Origin: Mycobacterium sp.
GTDB taxonomy: Bacteria > Actinomycetota > Actinomycetes > Mycobacteriales > Mycobacteriaceae
Assembly (NCBI GenBank): GCA_036273805.1
Contig: DASUGW010000070.1
Coordinates: 643-64,642 of the forward strand
DNA: 64,000 nt
Direction: 5' to 3'
Shown one piece after another: positions 47,916-58,222 of the stretch. The position numbers and the translations under genes were made by a program. Every line of letters starts with the position of its first letter. Position 1 is the first letter of the stretch. The notes below the pieces were generated by a model, which was not told the origin of the DNA, did not search any database, and worked only from the letters and a program-made list of their open reading frames with translations.

Positions 47916-48372
47916 GCAAGAGACCCGTAGCGATATCGAGGCAACGGTGCACGGTATGTGGTCGGCCCTGTCGGACCGCGACTGGCAGCGCCTGAAGCAG
48001 TACCTCTCCGAGGACTGCATCTACCTCGACATGCCGGTCGGTCCCACCGCCGCCGCCCGCGGGCCGGAGGACATCGTCAAGCGGCTCAAGATCGGTCTGG
48101 AGCCGCTGGCGTCGTACGAGAACTTCCCCGGTCTGATGGTCGACAACGGTGCCGATGTGATGTACGAGCATCACGAGGAATGGCATTGGGCCACTGGGGA
48201 ATCCGCAGTTATGAAGTTCGTGACGGTACATCGCGTCGAGAACGGCAAGATCACGCTGTGGAAGGACTACTGGGATATGGGGGCGCTGGCCAACTTCGCT
48301 CCCCCGACCTGGCTGGAAGATTTCGCAGAAGCCGACATGTCCTGGGTTTTCGACGCCACCGGACTGGTCTGA
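47905..48372 (+). CDS. NTF2/SnoaL-like (limonene epoxide hydrolase-like) protein
   Basis: DCIYLDMP, ARGPEDI, VENGKITLWKDYWD. Confidence 0.82.
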   Translation: MSVEQETRSDIEATVHGMWSALSDRDWQRLKQYLSEDCIYLDMPVGPTAAARGPEDIVKRLKIGLEPLASYENFPGLMVDNGADVMYEHHEEWHWATGESAVMKFVTVHRVENGKITLWKDYWDMGALANFAPPTWLEDFAEADMSWVFDATGLV

Positions 48373-48383
48373 GGAGGATCAAG

Positions 48384-50150
48384 ATGTACGACCTGACCAT
48401 CACAGGCGGTACCGTCGTGGACGGCACCGGAGCTGATCGCTACCGCGCCGACGTGGGCATCAAGGACGGCAAGATCGTGGAGATCCGGCGCCGCCTCGGT
48501 GACGATGCCGGCCTCGAAAATGCCGACGCTGCAGCCACTCTCGATGCGACCGGCCGCATCGTCGCGCCGGGATTCGTGGACGTGCACACCCACTACGACG
48601 GTCAGGTGAGCTGGGACGCCACTCTTGAGCCGTCGAGCCTGAACGGGGTCACGACCGTGGTCAGCGGCAACTGCGGCGTCGGCTTCGCACCGGTGCGCCC
48701 CGGCAAGGAGCAGTGGCTCATCGAGCTGATGGAGGGTGTCGAGGACATCCCGGGCAGTGCGCTGGCCGAAGGCATCACGTGGCAGTGGGAGAGCTTTCCG
48801 GAATACCTGGACGCCATCGAGAAGCGGGAGTTGGCGGTCGATTACGGCACCCAGATCGCCCACGGTGCGGTGCGTGGGTACGCGATGGGCGAGCGCGGTG
48901 CCAACAACGAAGAGGCCACCGACGACGACATCAAGGCGATGGCGCGCATCGTCCAGGAGGCGATCGAGGCCGGGGCGCTCGGGTTTTCGACATCGCGCAC
49001 CGAAGCGCACCGCGCCATCGACGGCCAGGCCGTACCCGGAACCTACGCCGCCGAGGCCGAGCTGTTCGGCCTGGGTCGCGCGATGGCCGCCGGTGGCCGG
49101 GCCGTCTTCGAGGTGGCGCCGCAAGGGACCGCCGGAGAAAGTCCGGCCGAAGCCTGCATGCGGGAAATGGACTGGATGGCAAAGCTTTCCGACGAGATCG
49201 GCCGTCCGGTGTCGTTCACGCTGATCCAGGCTTCGCATGCCCCCGACCTGTGGCGTCAGCAGCTCGAGCGGGCCGGAAAGGCCCACGAGAACGGCGTCGA
49301 ACTCTACGCGCAGTTCGCGGCGCGCCCGTTCGGCATGTTGTTGGGTTTCCCCGGTTATCACGCCTTCACCCACCGGCCGACGTTCCGTGCGCTGACCGCC
49401 AAGTGCGATCGCGGAGAGCTGGCCCGCAAGCTGGCCGACCCGGCCGTCAAGGCCGCGATCCTGGCCGAGTCCGATCTGCCGACGAAGCCCGGCGCGATGC
49501 TGGACGGGCTGTTCGCGCTCGCGCAGCACGCCGCGGACCGGATCTACGCGATCGGTGACCCGCCTGATTACGAACCGACGCCGGACAAGACCGTCGCCGC
49601 TATCGCCGTCGCGCGCGGGCAGGACACGCTGTCGACGATGTATGACCTGATGCTCGAATCCGATGCCTCGGCCATGCTGATGCTGCCGTTCTTCAACTAC
49701 GCCGGGGGCGATCACAGCGCGATCTACGAGATGATGCAGCACCCGGCCGCGGTGTCGGGCCTCTCGGACGGCGGGGCGCACTGCGGGCTGATCTGCGACG
49801 CGTCCTACCCCACCTTCTTGCTGACGCACTGGGCGCGCGACCGCCACCGTGGCCCGAAGTTCTCGCTTGAGTACGTCGTGCGCAAGCAGACACTCGACAC
49901 CGCAACGCTTTTCGGGTTGTCCGACCGCGGGGTGATTCAGCTGGGCAAGAAGGCCGACATCAACGTCATCGACATGGATGCCTTGACGCTGGACGTCCCG
50001 AAGATGGTCTACGACCTGCCCGCGGGTGGGCGGCGGCTGATCCAGGGCGCCCGCGGCTACGACGCCACCGTTGTCAGTGGTGTGGTGACCCGCCGGCACG
50101 GCGCCGACACGGGCGCCCGCCCGGGTGCTTTGATCCGCGGGGTGCGCTGA
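48384..50150 (+). CDS. Second N-acyl-D-amino-acid deacylase family amidohydrolase
   Basis: [40 protein letters not shown]; GGAGGA SD. Confidence 0.9.
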   Translation: MYDLTITGGTVVDGTGADRYRADVGIKDGKIVEIRRRLGDDAGLENADAAATLDATGRIVAPGFVDVHTHYDGQVSWDATLEPSSLNGVTTVVSGNCGVGFAPVRPGKEQWLIELMEGVEDIPGSALAEGITWQWESFPEYLDAIEKRELAVDYGTQIAHGAVRGYAMGERGANNEEATDDDIKAMARIVQEAIEAGALGFSTSRTEAHRAIDGQAVPGTYAAEAELFGLGRAMAAGGRAVFEVAPQGTAGESPAEACMREMDWMAKLSDEIGRPVSFTLIQASHAPDLWRQQLERAGKAHENGVELYAQFAARPFGMLLGFPGYHAFTHRPTFRALTAKCDRGELARKLADPAVKAAILAESDLPTKPGAMLDGLFALAQHAADRIYAIGDPPDYEPTPDKTVAAIAVARGQDTLSTMYDLMLESDASAMLMLPFFNYAGGDHSAIYEMMQHPAAVSGLSDGGAHCGLICDASYPTFLLTHWARDRHRGPKFSLEYVVRKQTLDTATLFGLSDRGVIQLGKKADINVIDMDALTLDVPKMVYDLPAGGRRLIQGARGYDATVVSGVVTRRHGADTGARPGALIRGVR

Positions 50151-50170
50151 CCCGCACGCTCGAATGGCGG

Positions 50171-50659
50171 TTAGTGGGTGAGCGTGATCTTGCAGCTCTG
50201 GCCGATGTCGAGGGTGCGCAGGGTGCGGCCCATGCCGATCCACATGGCGCACGACAGAGCGAGGTCGGTCAGCAACTCGTCGGAGTAGTGCTCTGCGGCG
50301 CGTTCCCAAAAGTCCTCGTCGTCACGAAGTTTCGTGTGCTCGGTGGCGAACCGGTGGGCGAACTCGGCGGCGATGCGCTCCTGGTCGCTGTACCCGGGCC
50401 ACGTCCGCCATTCCGATGCGTGGGCGTAGAGATCTTCATCCACGCCGGCCGCCAGGCCGTCACTGTCACGGGTGTTGACGCACACCTCGCATTCGTTGTC
50501 GTGTGCGATCACGATGCGCGCCAGTTCGCGCACCCGCATCGGCAGCCGGTTCTTGTTGTAGACGGCATGCGAGAACGCCGCCATGGCTGTGCCGATGTCC
50601 GGGGACTTCAGAATCCAGCCGGCTACGTCATCGTCGGGAAAGTCACCGATTCGGGTCAT
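50171..50659 (-). CDS. Carboxymuconolactone decarboxylase / AhpD-like protein
   Basis: RELARIVIAHDNECEVC CxxC motif, SDQERIA. Confidence 0.82.
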   Translation of the reverse strand: MTRIGDFPDDDVAGWILKSPDIGTAMAAFSHAVYNKNRLPMRVRELARIVIAHDNECEVCVNTRDSDGLAAGVDEDLYAHASEWRTWPGYSDQERIAAEFAHRFATEHTKLRDDEDFWERAAEHYSDELLTDLALSCAMWIGMGRTLRTLDIGQSCKITLTH

Positions 50660-52709
50660 AGGCCGATGGTAGCTGGACGAGCATCTGCCCGGCGATGCGT
50701 TCGAGAGCTGCGTCCACCTTTTCTCGGTCGGGTCGTCCCTCGAATGTCGGCGACTGGGCCAGTTTGTGGGTGATCCGATCGGTGATCGCGGCCCGCACGG
50801 CATCCACCTGCCGGGTTCCGGTGCGGGTCAGAGCGAGCTGATCGCCCGCGCGCCAGGCGTATCCGCGGTCGATGAGTCGGTCGAAGGTGGGCTTGAGCAC
50901 CTCGCGGGGCACCCGCAGCCGTTCGGCGATCTCGGTCAGCTGCGCCGATCCGAAGAAACGTTCGTGGCGCCAGATCTGGATCAGCGCCCACAGCAGCGCC
51001 GCGTCGAGCCGACTGCCCGGTTGTTCGGCCAGGCTGCGCAGCCGGATCTCCGGCGAGGCGCGGAACATCCGGCTCACGGCGACCTCGAGCATCTTTTCCG
51101 ACGATTCGGCGGCCGGCATGCCGAAGCCTTCGCCGAGGTCGCTCGGCGACATCGCGTCAATCTGCTGTAGCGGAACCTCCTTGAGGAATAGGGCCACGAG
51201 CAGGCCGACCACTGCCACCGGTGCGGCGCAGAGGAACACGCTGCCCAGCGCATCGGAGTAGGCCGAGATGATGGGCGCGGCCATCTCGGCGGGTAACTGG
51301 TGCAACGCTTTCGGCGACTGGGCGGCCTCCGGTGCGGCACCTGAGGCGGCCAGTGCGGGGGCGATCCGGCCGGACAGGAAGTTGGTGAACAGCGAACCGA
51401 AGATCGCCGCACCGAACGAGCTGCCAATGGTCCGGAAGAATGTCACCCCTGAGGTCGCCACGCCCAGATCGGAGAAACTCGAGGTGTTCTGAACGGTGAG
51501 CACCAGCACCTGCATGCAGGAGCCGATGCCCGTGCCGAGGATGAACAGGTACAGCGACTGCAACCAGGTCGGGGTGTCGGCATCCATCCGGGACAGCAGC
51601 ACGAAGGCCACCGCCATGATCGCGGTGCCCACGACCGGAAAGATCTTGTACCGGCCGGTGCGGCCCACAATGGCGCCGCTGCCGATCGAAGTGATCAGCA
51701 TGCCCACCACCATCGGCAGGGTACGCAGACCGGAGGTGGTCGCCGAGACGCCGTCGACGAACTGCATGTAGGTGGGCAGGAATGTCATCGCGCCCAGCAT
51801 TGCGAAGCCGACGATGAACGCCAGGATGCAGCACACCGTGAACACTGGGCTGGCGAACAGCCGCATCGGCAGGACCGGCTCCTCGGCCCGGGTCTCCGCC
51901 CACACGAAAATGCCCAGTGCCACAGCAGAAATGACGAATAGGCCGACGATCTGCACTGAGCCCCAAGGGTATTCGGTGCCGCCCCAACTGGTTGCCAGGG
52001 TGAGTCCCGACGCGCCGAGGCCGATCAGCAGGATGCCCCGATAGTCGATCCGCGGCCGGCTGGTGGTGGCCAGCGCCGGAATCGCCACCGCCGCAACGAT
52101 CAGCACGATGACTGCGACGGGAATGTTGATCCAGAAGGCCCAGCGCCATGTGAGGTGGTCGGTGAAGAAGCCACCCAGCAGCGGGCCGATCACAGTGGTG
52201 ACACCGAACACCGCACCGAGTGCGCCCTGATATCGGCCGCGGTCGCGCAGCGGGATCACTTCGCCGATCACCGCCATGGCCGTGACCATCAGCGCACCGC
52301 CGCCAATACCCTGCAGGGCGCGGGCGCCGACCAGCATGCCCATCGAGCCGGCCATGCCGCAGAGCACCGATCCGGCCAGGAAGAAGAGCACGGCCGCCAT
52401 GAACACGGCCTTGCGGCCGAACAGGTCGCCGAGCTTGCCGACGATGGCGGTGGCAATCGTCGAGGCCAGCAGGTAGCTCGTCACCACCCAGGACTGGTGC
52501 CCGGCCCCACCGAGGTCGGCGACGACGGTGGGTAGCGCGGTGGCGACGATGGTCTGATCGAGTGCGGCCAGCAACATGCCGAGCAGCACCGCAACGAAGA
52601 TGACGTTGCGGCGCTGCGCGGCGACCGGCATCGTCGGTGGGGACGCCACGAACGGCACCGTGGGAGCCAGATCTGGGTTCATACCTGTCATATCGACAGG
52701 CATACCCAC
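50643..52709 (-). CDS. MFS DHA2 multidrug transporter (Rv1877-like) with C-terminal winged-helix-like extension
   Basis: LDQTIVATALP, GKLGDLFGRK, GPLLGG, WRWAFWIN; soluble C-tail ending LTRTG; start may be 52691 or 52682. Confidence 0.9.
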   Translation of the reverse strand: MGMPVDMTGMNPDLAPTVPFVASPPTMPVAAQRRNVIFVAVLLGMLLAALDQTIVATALPTVVADLGGAGHQSWVVTSYLLASTIATAIVGKLGDLFGRKAVFMAAVLFFLAGSVLCGMAGSMGMLVGARALQGIGGGALMVTAMAVIGEVIPLRDRGRYQGALGAVFGVTTVIGPLLGGFFTDHLTWRWAFWINIPVAVIVLIVAAVAIPALATTSRPRIDYRGILLIGLGASGLTLATSWGGTEYPWGSVQIVGLFVISAVALGIFVWAETRAEEPVLPMRLFASPVFTVCCILAFIVGFAMLGAMTFLPTYMQFVDGVSATTSGLRTLPMVVGMLITSIGSGAIVGRTGRYKIFPVVGTAIMAVAFVLLSRMDADTPTWLQSLYLFILGTGIGSCMQVLVLTVQNTSSFSDLGVATSGVTFFRTIGSSFGAAIFGSLFTNFLSGRIAPALAASGAAPEAAQSPKALHQLPAEMAAPIISAYSDALGSVFLCAAPVAVVGLLVALFLKEVPLQQIDAMSPSDLGEGFGMPAAESSEKMLEVAVSRMFRASPEIRLRSLAEQPGSRLDAALLWALIQIWRHERFFGSAQLTEIAERLRVPREVLKPTFDRLIDRGYAWRAGDQLALTRTGTRQVDAVRAAITDRITHKLAQSPTFEGRPDREKVDAALERIAGQMLVQLPSAYDPNR

Positions 52710-52728
52710 TTTGTTAGTTCAGCTATAT

Positions 52729-53220
52729 TTAGCCTGAGCCGCCACCCGGGGGCCGGGACACGCATTGGGCCGAGTAAAGCTCCTCGCCCAGCTTGTCCAT
52801 GAGCTGGAGCTGCGTCTCGAGGTAGTCGATGTGGCCTTCCTCGTCCTTGAGGATGGCCTCGAGGATGTTGGCGCTGGTGGCGTCGCCCTTCTCGCGGCAC
52901 ATGATGATGCCGGGCCGCAGCCGCTCCACCACCTCGTACTCGATGGCGATGTCGGACTCGAACTGCTCGCGGATCGTCTGGCCGATACGCAGCGAGAATA
53001 AGCGCTGGTAGTTGGGCAGCCCATCGAGGAGCAGGATGCGGTCGGTGATCCACTCCGCGTGGTGCATCTCCTCGAACGACTCTTTACGGGTGTGCTCAGC
53101 CAGCTCGGTGAAGCCCCAGTTGTCCTGCATCTTGGAGTGCAGGAAGTACTGGTTGATGGCCGTCAGTTCGCTGGTGAGTTGTTCGTTCAGCAACTTCAGA
53201 ACGTCGGGATCGCCTTGCAT
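52729..53220 (-). CDS. bfrA: Bacterioferritin
   Basis: MQGDPDVL, ELTAINQYFLH, EEMHHA, DEEGHIDYLETQL. Confidence 0.97.
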   Translation of the reverse strand: MQGDPDVLKLLNEQLTSELTAINQYFLHSKMQDNWGFTELAEHTRKESFEEMHHAEWITDRILLLDGLPNYQRLFSLRIGQTIREQFESDIAIEYEVVERLRPGIIMCREKGDATSANILEAILKDEEGHIDYLETQLQLMDKLGEELYSAQCVSRPPGGGSG

Positions 53221-53381
53221 GGCTGCTCCTTGAGCTAACTATTGGACATGTGGGCTGGCATGTCGTAAACCGGCTGCGACAAGGGGAAACATCACTGCGG
53301 CATCCTTGAACCTAGTTGATGTGCGGGGAGAAAGCGCGTGCAAAACGCAAGAAAGTTACCCCCGGCCCGCAAACTTCTCGG

Positions 53382-53453
53382 GTAGGTAAGCCTCACATAT
53401 TTAAGGCAAGGGAACCCTAACGATTCTGTGGAAGTTAGGTTAGACTGCGCTAA
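53382..53453. promoter_or_regulatory. Three IdeR (iron) boxes between divergent bfrA and bfd
   Basis: gtaggtaagcctcacatat (53382-53400), taaggcaagggaaccctaa (53402-53420), ttaggttagactgcgctaa (53435-53453), each about 15/19 to TWAGGTWAGSCTWACCTWA. Confidence 0.85.
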
Positions 53454-53497
53454 TCGGAGGCCACACGGCTGCCACTGCTGATGAGGAGGACGCGTAG

Positions 53498-53692
53498 GTG
53501 TTCGTCTGTCTGTGCACCGGCGCAACCAGTCAATGCGTCGCCGACGCAGTGGCCCGGGGGGCTTGTACCTCCAAGCAGGTTGCCGAGGCATGCGGTGCCG
53601 GAACCGACTGCGGACGGTGTCGCCGCACAGTTCGCGCCATCATCGCCAGCGAGCAGGCCAAGCAGCCCGCCATCATCGCCGCCGCCGGTTAG
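53498..53692 (+). CDS. bfd: Bacterioferritin-associated ferredoxin Bfd
   Basis: MFVCLC...CGAGTDCGRC; GAGGAGG upstream; divergent from bfrA. Confidence 0.9.
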   Translation: MFVCLCTGATSQCVADAVARGACTSKQVAEACGAGTDCGRCRRTVRAIIASEQAKQPAIIAAAG

Positions 53693-53704
53693 CCCGCCCC
53701 GCAA

Positions 53705-54463
53705 TCAGCGGGTTTCGTTGAATTCGGCCAGCGCTGCAGTGTTTTCGGCCGAGCCCATCATCTCTGCGAAACACGCGTTCTCCCGATCCCGGGCCGCCTG
53801 CACCTCGGGCAGCGCCCACTCGGTCATCGTGCGCTTGACGGCCATCACGCTGCTCAGCGGCCGGGAGGCGAGCACCTCGGCGTGCCGGCGTGCCTCGGGC
53901 ATCAGGTCGTCGGGTTCGCACACCTTCCACGCCAGGCCCATCCGGTGGGCCTCCTCGGCGCTGACCCATTCCGAGGACATCAGCAGCCACGCGGCGTTCT
54001 GCCGGCCGATCAACTGAGGCATCAAATACGACGACGACGCTTCGGGCGCCACACCCAGGCTGGTGAACGGGCACTTCAACCGGGCCGTCGTCGACATGAA
54101 TACGAGGTCGGCGAAGCCCAGGACGGTCGCCCCGATTCCGAGGCCGAGTCCGTTGACCGCGCAGATCAGCGGCTTTGGGAACGCGGTCAGCGCGGCGACC
54201 AGACTGCGGAAGCCTGAGCCGTATTCGCCCTCGATCTGCTCGGGGTCGGTCAGGAAGGTCTGCATCTCCGTCAGGTCGGTGCCCGCGCTGAAAGCGCGCC
54301 CGGCGCCGGTCAGCAGCACCACCGTGACATCGGGATCCTCCGCGGCGGCCCGCAGCGCTTCGGCCGTGGCGTGATACAGCTTCTCGTCGAAGGCATTGAG
54401 GGCTTCTGGACGGTTGAGGGTGAGGGTTCGGACCCGGTTCTCGTCGTCGATACGCAGCGTCAC
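53705..54463 (-). CDS. Enoyl-CoA hydratase/isomerase family protein
   Basis: LNRPEALNAF, FSAGTDL, KPLICAVNG, PFTSLGVAPE. Confidence 0.9.
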   Translation of the reverse strand: MTLRIDDENRVRTLTLNRPEALNAFDEKLYHATAEALRAAAEDPDVTVVLLTGAGRAFSAGTDLTEMQTFLTDPEQIEGEYGSGFRSLVAALTAFPKPLICAVNGLGLGIGATVLGFADLVFMSTTARLKCPFTSLGVAPEASSSYLMPQLIGRQNAAWLLMSSEWVSAEEAHRMGLAWKVCEPDDLMPEARRHAEVLASRPLSSVMAVKRTMTEWALPEVQAARDRENACFAEMMGSAENTAALAEFNETR

Positions 54464-54472
54464 CGGAGCAGA

Positions 54473-55192
54473 CTAAACCGTGTCCACGAACGGCCATCGA
54501 TAGACGTACCGACTGGTGGGCACCGTGTCGATGTTCTCGTTGGCCCCGAACGCGGCGGTACTGGCCACCATCTTCGTCATCCGGTCGCTGAGGTCGGCGT
54601 CGTCGGCGGCGCCGAAGAACGCATGCAGATCGCTGACGGCCGCATCGGGGAACAACTCCTCGACGATGGCGGCCAGCTCGGGGGCCCCGGGTGTCAGGGC
54701 ACGCACCACATCATTCTGGACGTATCCGAACGTCGACTGCGTCGCGATGGCCACCGGCGTGTGATCGATCTGCCAGCGGGTCCGCCAGGTGGAAACATCC
54801 AGGCCGGCCGGCCGGCGCAACAGGGCGATGTTCGCCAAACCCGTTGTGCGGGCGCCTGGCTCGGTGGCCGGCGGTGGCAACGGCGCCGACTCGGTGACCA
54901 GATAGCCGAAGACATCTGCACATTCGCGGGCCAGCAGCGTGACGGCATGTTGTGTCTGCGGGCCGTAATGCTGCTGGGTCCATAGGCTGACGAACCCCGT
55001 CACTGGCGGATCCAGCGTGGTCAAGGTCATCAGCGACGTGCGGACCGGATCGTCTTTGACATTGATGGTCAGGCCGGGCAGACCAATGTCGAGAAGTTCC
55101 TGTGCCACCGGTCCGCGCAGCCGTTCACACCATTGCTCTTCGGCACCTGGCTCGGCCGTGCCGGCGCGCAACACCAGAATCACTTTCTCCAC
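54473..55192 (-). CDS. EthD domain protein (Rv1874-like)
   Basis: LLRRP, WQIDHTPVAIATQSTFGYVQN, IVEELFP; GTG 55192 follows a TAGGTT -10. Confidence 0.8.
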   Translation of the reverse strand: MEKVILVLRAGTAEPGAEEQWCERLRGPVAQELLDIGLPGLTINVKDDPVRTSLMTLTTLDPPVTGFVSLWTQQHYGPQTQHAVTLLARECADVFGYLVTESAPLPPPATEPGARTTGLANIALLRRPAGLDVSTWRTRWQIDHTPVAIATQSTFGYVQNDVVRALTPGAPELAAIVEELFPDAAVSDLHAFFGAADDADLSDRMTKMVASTAAFGANENIDTVPTSRYVYRWPFVDTV

Positions 55193-55232
55193 GGTCCGCA
55201 ACCTACAGGCACTGCCCCGTAATAATGCTCAC

Positions 55233-57221
55233 ATGAGGTCGGGAGCCGCGACGCGGCCCTCGTGGGGTTACGTCGCCGAGGTGGCGCGCAGCCTGCTGGG
55301 GGTGTTGGTGGCGGTTGCGGCTGCGCTGCACTGGGGTTCGCCGGCCGCGGCGGTGGCCGTCGGCGGCAGTTCCGCCATCGCGGGGGCGGTAGCCCTGCAG
55401 GACAGCCGCCACGGCCGGATGCCCCTGGTGCTCGGCGTGACGGGCGGCATGGGGCTGGCGGTGTTGATCGGATGGCTCGCGGCTCCGCACAGTGTCGGGT
55501 TCGTCGTCACGGTCGTGATCTGGTCTGCGGCGGCGGGCATGCTGTGGGCGGTCAGCGCCAATGCCGGCATGGTCGCGGCGGCAGCGACCGTACTGCTGCT
55601 CACCGCGCCCACCAGCGAGGCCACACCGCCCGGCGCTGTCGCGACGGCGCTGCTGGTACTCGGCGGCGGATTGCTGCAGGTGATACTGGTCGCCGCCTGG
55701 CCGGCGCGGCGCTGGCAACGGCAGCGAGCCGCGCTGGCGCGCGCCTATCAGGGGCTGGCCATCGACGCCCGCCTGCTCGCGGCCGACCCTGCGGCGCCGA
55801 TCGACATCGATCCTTTGATCGCCCTGCGCGAGTCGTACACCCTGACCGAACGCCAGGCCCGCCGGCGCCCCCCGGCCTTCCGGGGACTCTATGCGCTGCC
55901 CGAACGCATCTCGTTGACACTCGACGCGCTGCGCGCGGCCGCGGCAGCACCCGGTGTGCAGGACGCCCTTGCCGCTGCGTCCGACGTATTGGCGGCGATC
56001 GCCGAGGACGGCCGCACCGGATACACCCGCGCCCAGACCGCGCTGTCCCGCCTCGCCGACGCCGTGACGATCGTGCCGGTCTCGGCATCGGAAGCGGCGG
56101 CACGGCTGCAGGCGCAGCTGCAGGAGGCGACCACCCTGCACTTCGGCGACGGCGGCGTCCCGATGGGCACCGGCAGCAAGCTGCGCGGGCCGGGCCTATG
56201 GGCGACGGTGCGCGGCGTACGCGACGAGATCGCCGCCGAGCTCAACCTCGACTCCCCCATCCTGCGGCACGCGGTGCGGCTCGCGCTGGCCGTCGCCGTG
56301 GGCACCGCACTGACCCGGCTGGCGGGTCTGGGATACGGCTACTGGGTGGCGTTGACCGTCGTGCTGGTGCTTCGTCCCGAGACCGCCCATACCTACACCC
56401 GGTGTCTGTCGCGGGTGGTCGGCACCGCGGCGGGCATTGCGGCGGCGACCCTGCTGACGACGTTCTGGCATCCCGGCGCTGTCCTGGCCGCACTGCTGGC
56501 GGTGCTGTGCGTCGGGGCGGCGTACGGCGTTGCCGGGCTGGGCTATGTGCCACTGAGTGCTGCGCTGGCGGCATCGATCGTGTTCCTGCTGGCGGTGGGT
56601 GGCTACGCGGAGACCCCCACCGTGGGCGGCAGGCTGCTGGGCACGTTGATCGGTGGGCTGCTGGCGGTGGCCGCTCACGCCGCCCTGCCGGATCAGTCGC
56701 TGATTCGGCTGCGGCAACGGGCCGGGGAATTGATGAAGGCCGAAATCGATTATGCCGCAGTCGTAATCCGAAGCTTCGTGCACCAGCTGGCCACCCCGGA
56801 CGCGGCGCTCTCGAGCGCCTGGCAGCGGGCTCTGCGGGCCCGGTCCGCGTTCGAGGCGGCAAGCGGCAGCGCCCGTGCGGATGCGGCGGCGGTGCGCCGG
56901 TGGCTGACCTCCTACCGGGCCGCGCTCAATTCCGTCACCGGTGTGTGCACGACGCTGGAACGTCAGATGCCCGGTACTCCCCCGCTGACGTTGGACAGAC
57001 GGTTCGTGGTCGCCGTCGACGACTACGTCGACGCGCTGCGCGGAGATGCCCCCCGACCCGGTCAGGCGTGGCGCATCGACGTCACCCACCTGCTCGAGGC
57101 CGCCGCCGCGTTACGCGAGTCAGCAGCCCTGCTGGGCAAGGAGCATTCCGCGCAGCGGGTCATGGCGGTAGAGGTGGACAACATCACCCGGCAGCTGGTG
57201 GGCGCCAGCCAACAGGCCTAG
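55233..57221 (+). CDS. FUSC (YccS/YhfK-like) family membrane protein
   Basis: Two hydrophobic blocks; RHAVRLAL, YWVALTVVLVLRP, RVVGT. Confidence 0.85.
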   Translation: MRSGAATRPSWGYVAEVARSLLGVLVAVAAALHWGSPAAAVAVGGSSAIAGAVALQDSRHGRMPLVLGVTGGMGLAVLIGWLAAPHSVGFVVTVVIWSAAAGMLWAVSANAGMVAAAATVLLLTAPTSEATPPGAVATALLVLGGGLLQVILVAAWPARRWQRQRAALARAYQGLAIDARLLAADPAAPIDIDPLIALRESYTLTERQARRRPPAFRGLYALPERISLTLDALRAAAAAPGVQDALAAASDVLAAIAEDGRTGYTRAQTALSRLADAVTIVPVSASEAAARLQAQLQEATTLHFGDGGVPMGTGSKLRGPGLWATVRGVRDEIAAELNLDSPILRHAVRLALAVAVGTALTRLAGLGYGYWVALTVVLVLRPETAHTYTRCLSRVVGTAAGIAAATLLTTFWHPGAVLAALLAVLCVGAAYGVAGLGYVPLSAALAASIVFLLAVGGYAETPTVGGRLLGTLIGGLLAVAAHAALPDQSLIRLRQRAGELMKAEIDYAAVVIRSFVHQLATPDAALSSAWQRALRARSAFEAASGSARADAAAVRRWLTSYRAALNSVTGVCTTLERQMPGTPPLTLDRRFVVAVDDYVDALRGDAPRPGQAWRIDVTHLLEAAAALRESAALLGKEHSAQRVMAVEVDNITRQLVGASQQA

Positions 57222-58219
57222 GACGGCTCTTCCAACTTGATCTCGCGGCGCCCGATCAGATCGTGGATGCCGTTGGTGCCCAGCCGTTCCCGGAACTCCT
57301 TGACGGTGTAACCGATGACCTCGCCATCGGTGGCGGCCCGCACGGTCGCCGACCGGGGCATACCGAACAGGGGCCCGATCTCGCCGAAGTACTCACCCGG
57401 CCCGACGGTGGACAGCACTTCTTCGGCCCCGTCGTCGAGTTCGCGGACCACCTCAAACTTCCCGGAGTTCACCACGTAGATCAGATCACCCATGGTGTTC
57501 TGCTCGAACACCACCGAACCCGCTGCGACGTCAAGGGTTTCCGGTGGCCGGTCGGTGGTGGCCAACTGCGGCACCATCTCCACCACCTGGTCGGCCAGGG
57601 GCAGTATCCGGCTGTCGTGGGTGGCCACCACAACCACCCGGTCGTCATCGGCCAGATCGCGGATCAGCCGCAGCACCTCTTCGACCTGAATGAAATCCAG
57701 GTGTGCGGTCGGCTCGTCGGCCAGGATCAACGGTGGATCCAACGCGATGGCCCGGGCCACCGCGACCCGCTGCTGCTGGCCGCCGGACAGATCTCCCGGC
57801 CGGTGCGACATCCGGTTCTCCAAGCCGACCCGGCTCAACAGGTGGGCCGCACGTTTGCGGGCTTGGTGGCCGCCCATACCTGCGGCCCGCATCGGCACCA
57901 TCACGTTCTCCAGCGCCGTCAGGCTCGGCACCAGGTTGAACGCCTGGAAGACGATGCCCACCGTGTTGCGCCGGTATATCGACAGGCTGTGGTTGTTCAA
58001 TGCGGTGACATCGATGTTGTCGAACAGGATCCGGCCGGTCGTCGGCTTCAGAATTCCACCGACGCACGACAACAGGGTGGTCTTTCCACAGCCGCTGGGC
58101 CCCAACAGGATCGCCAGCGACCCGGACCGGACGGTGAGGTTGAGTTCGTCGATCGGGCGCACCGCATCGCCGCCGCTACTGTATTCGACGACGAGATCTT
58201 CGACAATGAGATCGCCCAT
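57218..58219 (-). CDS. ABC transporter ATPase with C-terminal cNMP-binding domain (Rv0073/Rv2564-like)
   Basis: GPSGCGKT, LSGGQQQR, ILADEPT; cNMP motifs FEQN, GEYFGE, RSATVRA. Confidence 0.92.
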   Translation of the reverse strand: MGDLIVEDLVVEYSSGGDAVRPIDELNLTVRSGSLAILLGPSGCGKTTLLSCVGGILKPTTGRILFDNIDVTALNNHSLSIYRRNTVGIVFQAFNLVPSLTALENVMVPMRAAGMGGHQARKRAAHLLSRVGLENRMSHRPGDLSGGQQQRVAVARAIALDPPLILADEPTAHLDFIQVEEVLRLIRDLADDDRVVVVATHDSRILPLADQVVEMVPQLATTDRPPETLDVAAGSVVFEQNTMGDLIYVVNSGKFEVVRELDDGAEEVLSTVGPGEYFGEIGPLFGMPRSATVRAATDGEVIGYTVKEFRERLGTNGIHDLIGRREIKLEEPS

Positions 58220-58222
58220 GGC

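Noticed and set aside
47958-48383. N-terminal extension of the second amidohydrolase (730-aa ORF)
   Set aside because: Overlaps the NTF2 gene in another frame; SD and family N-terminus (MYDLTITGG) support 48384
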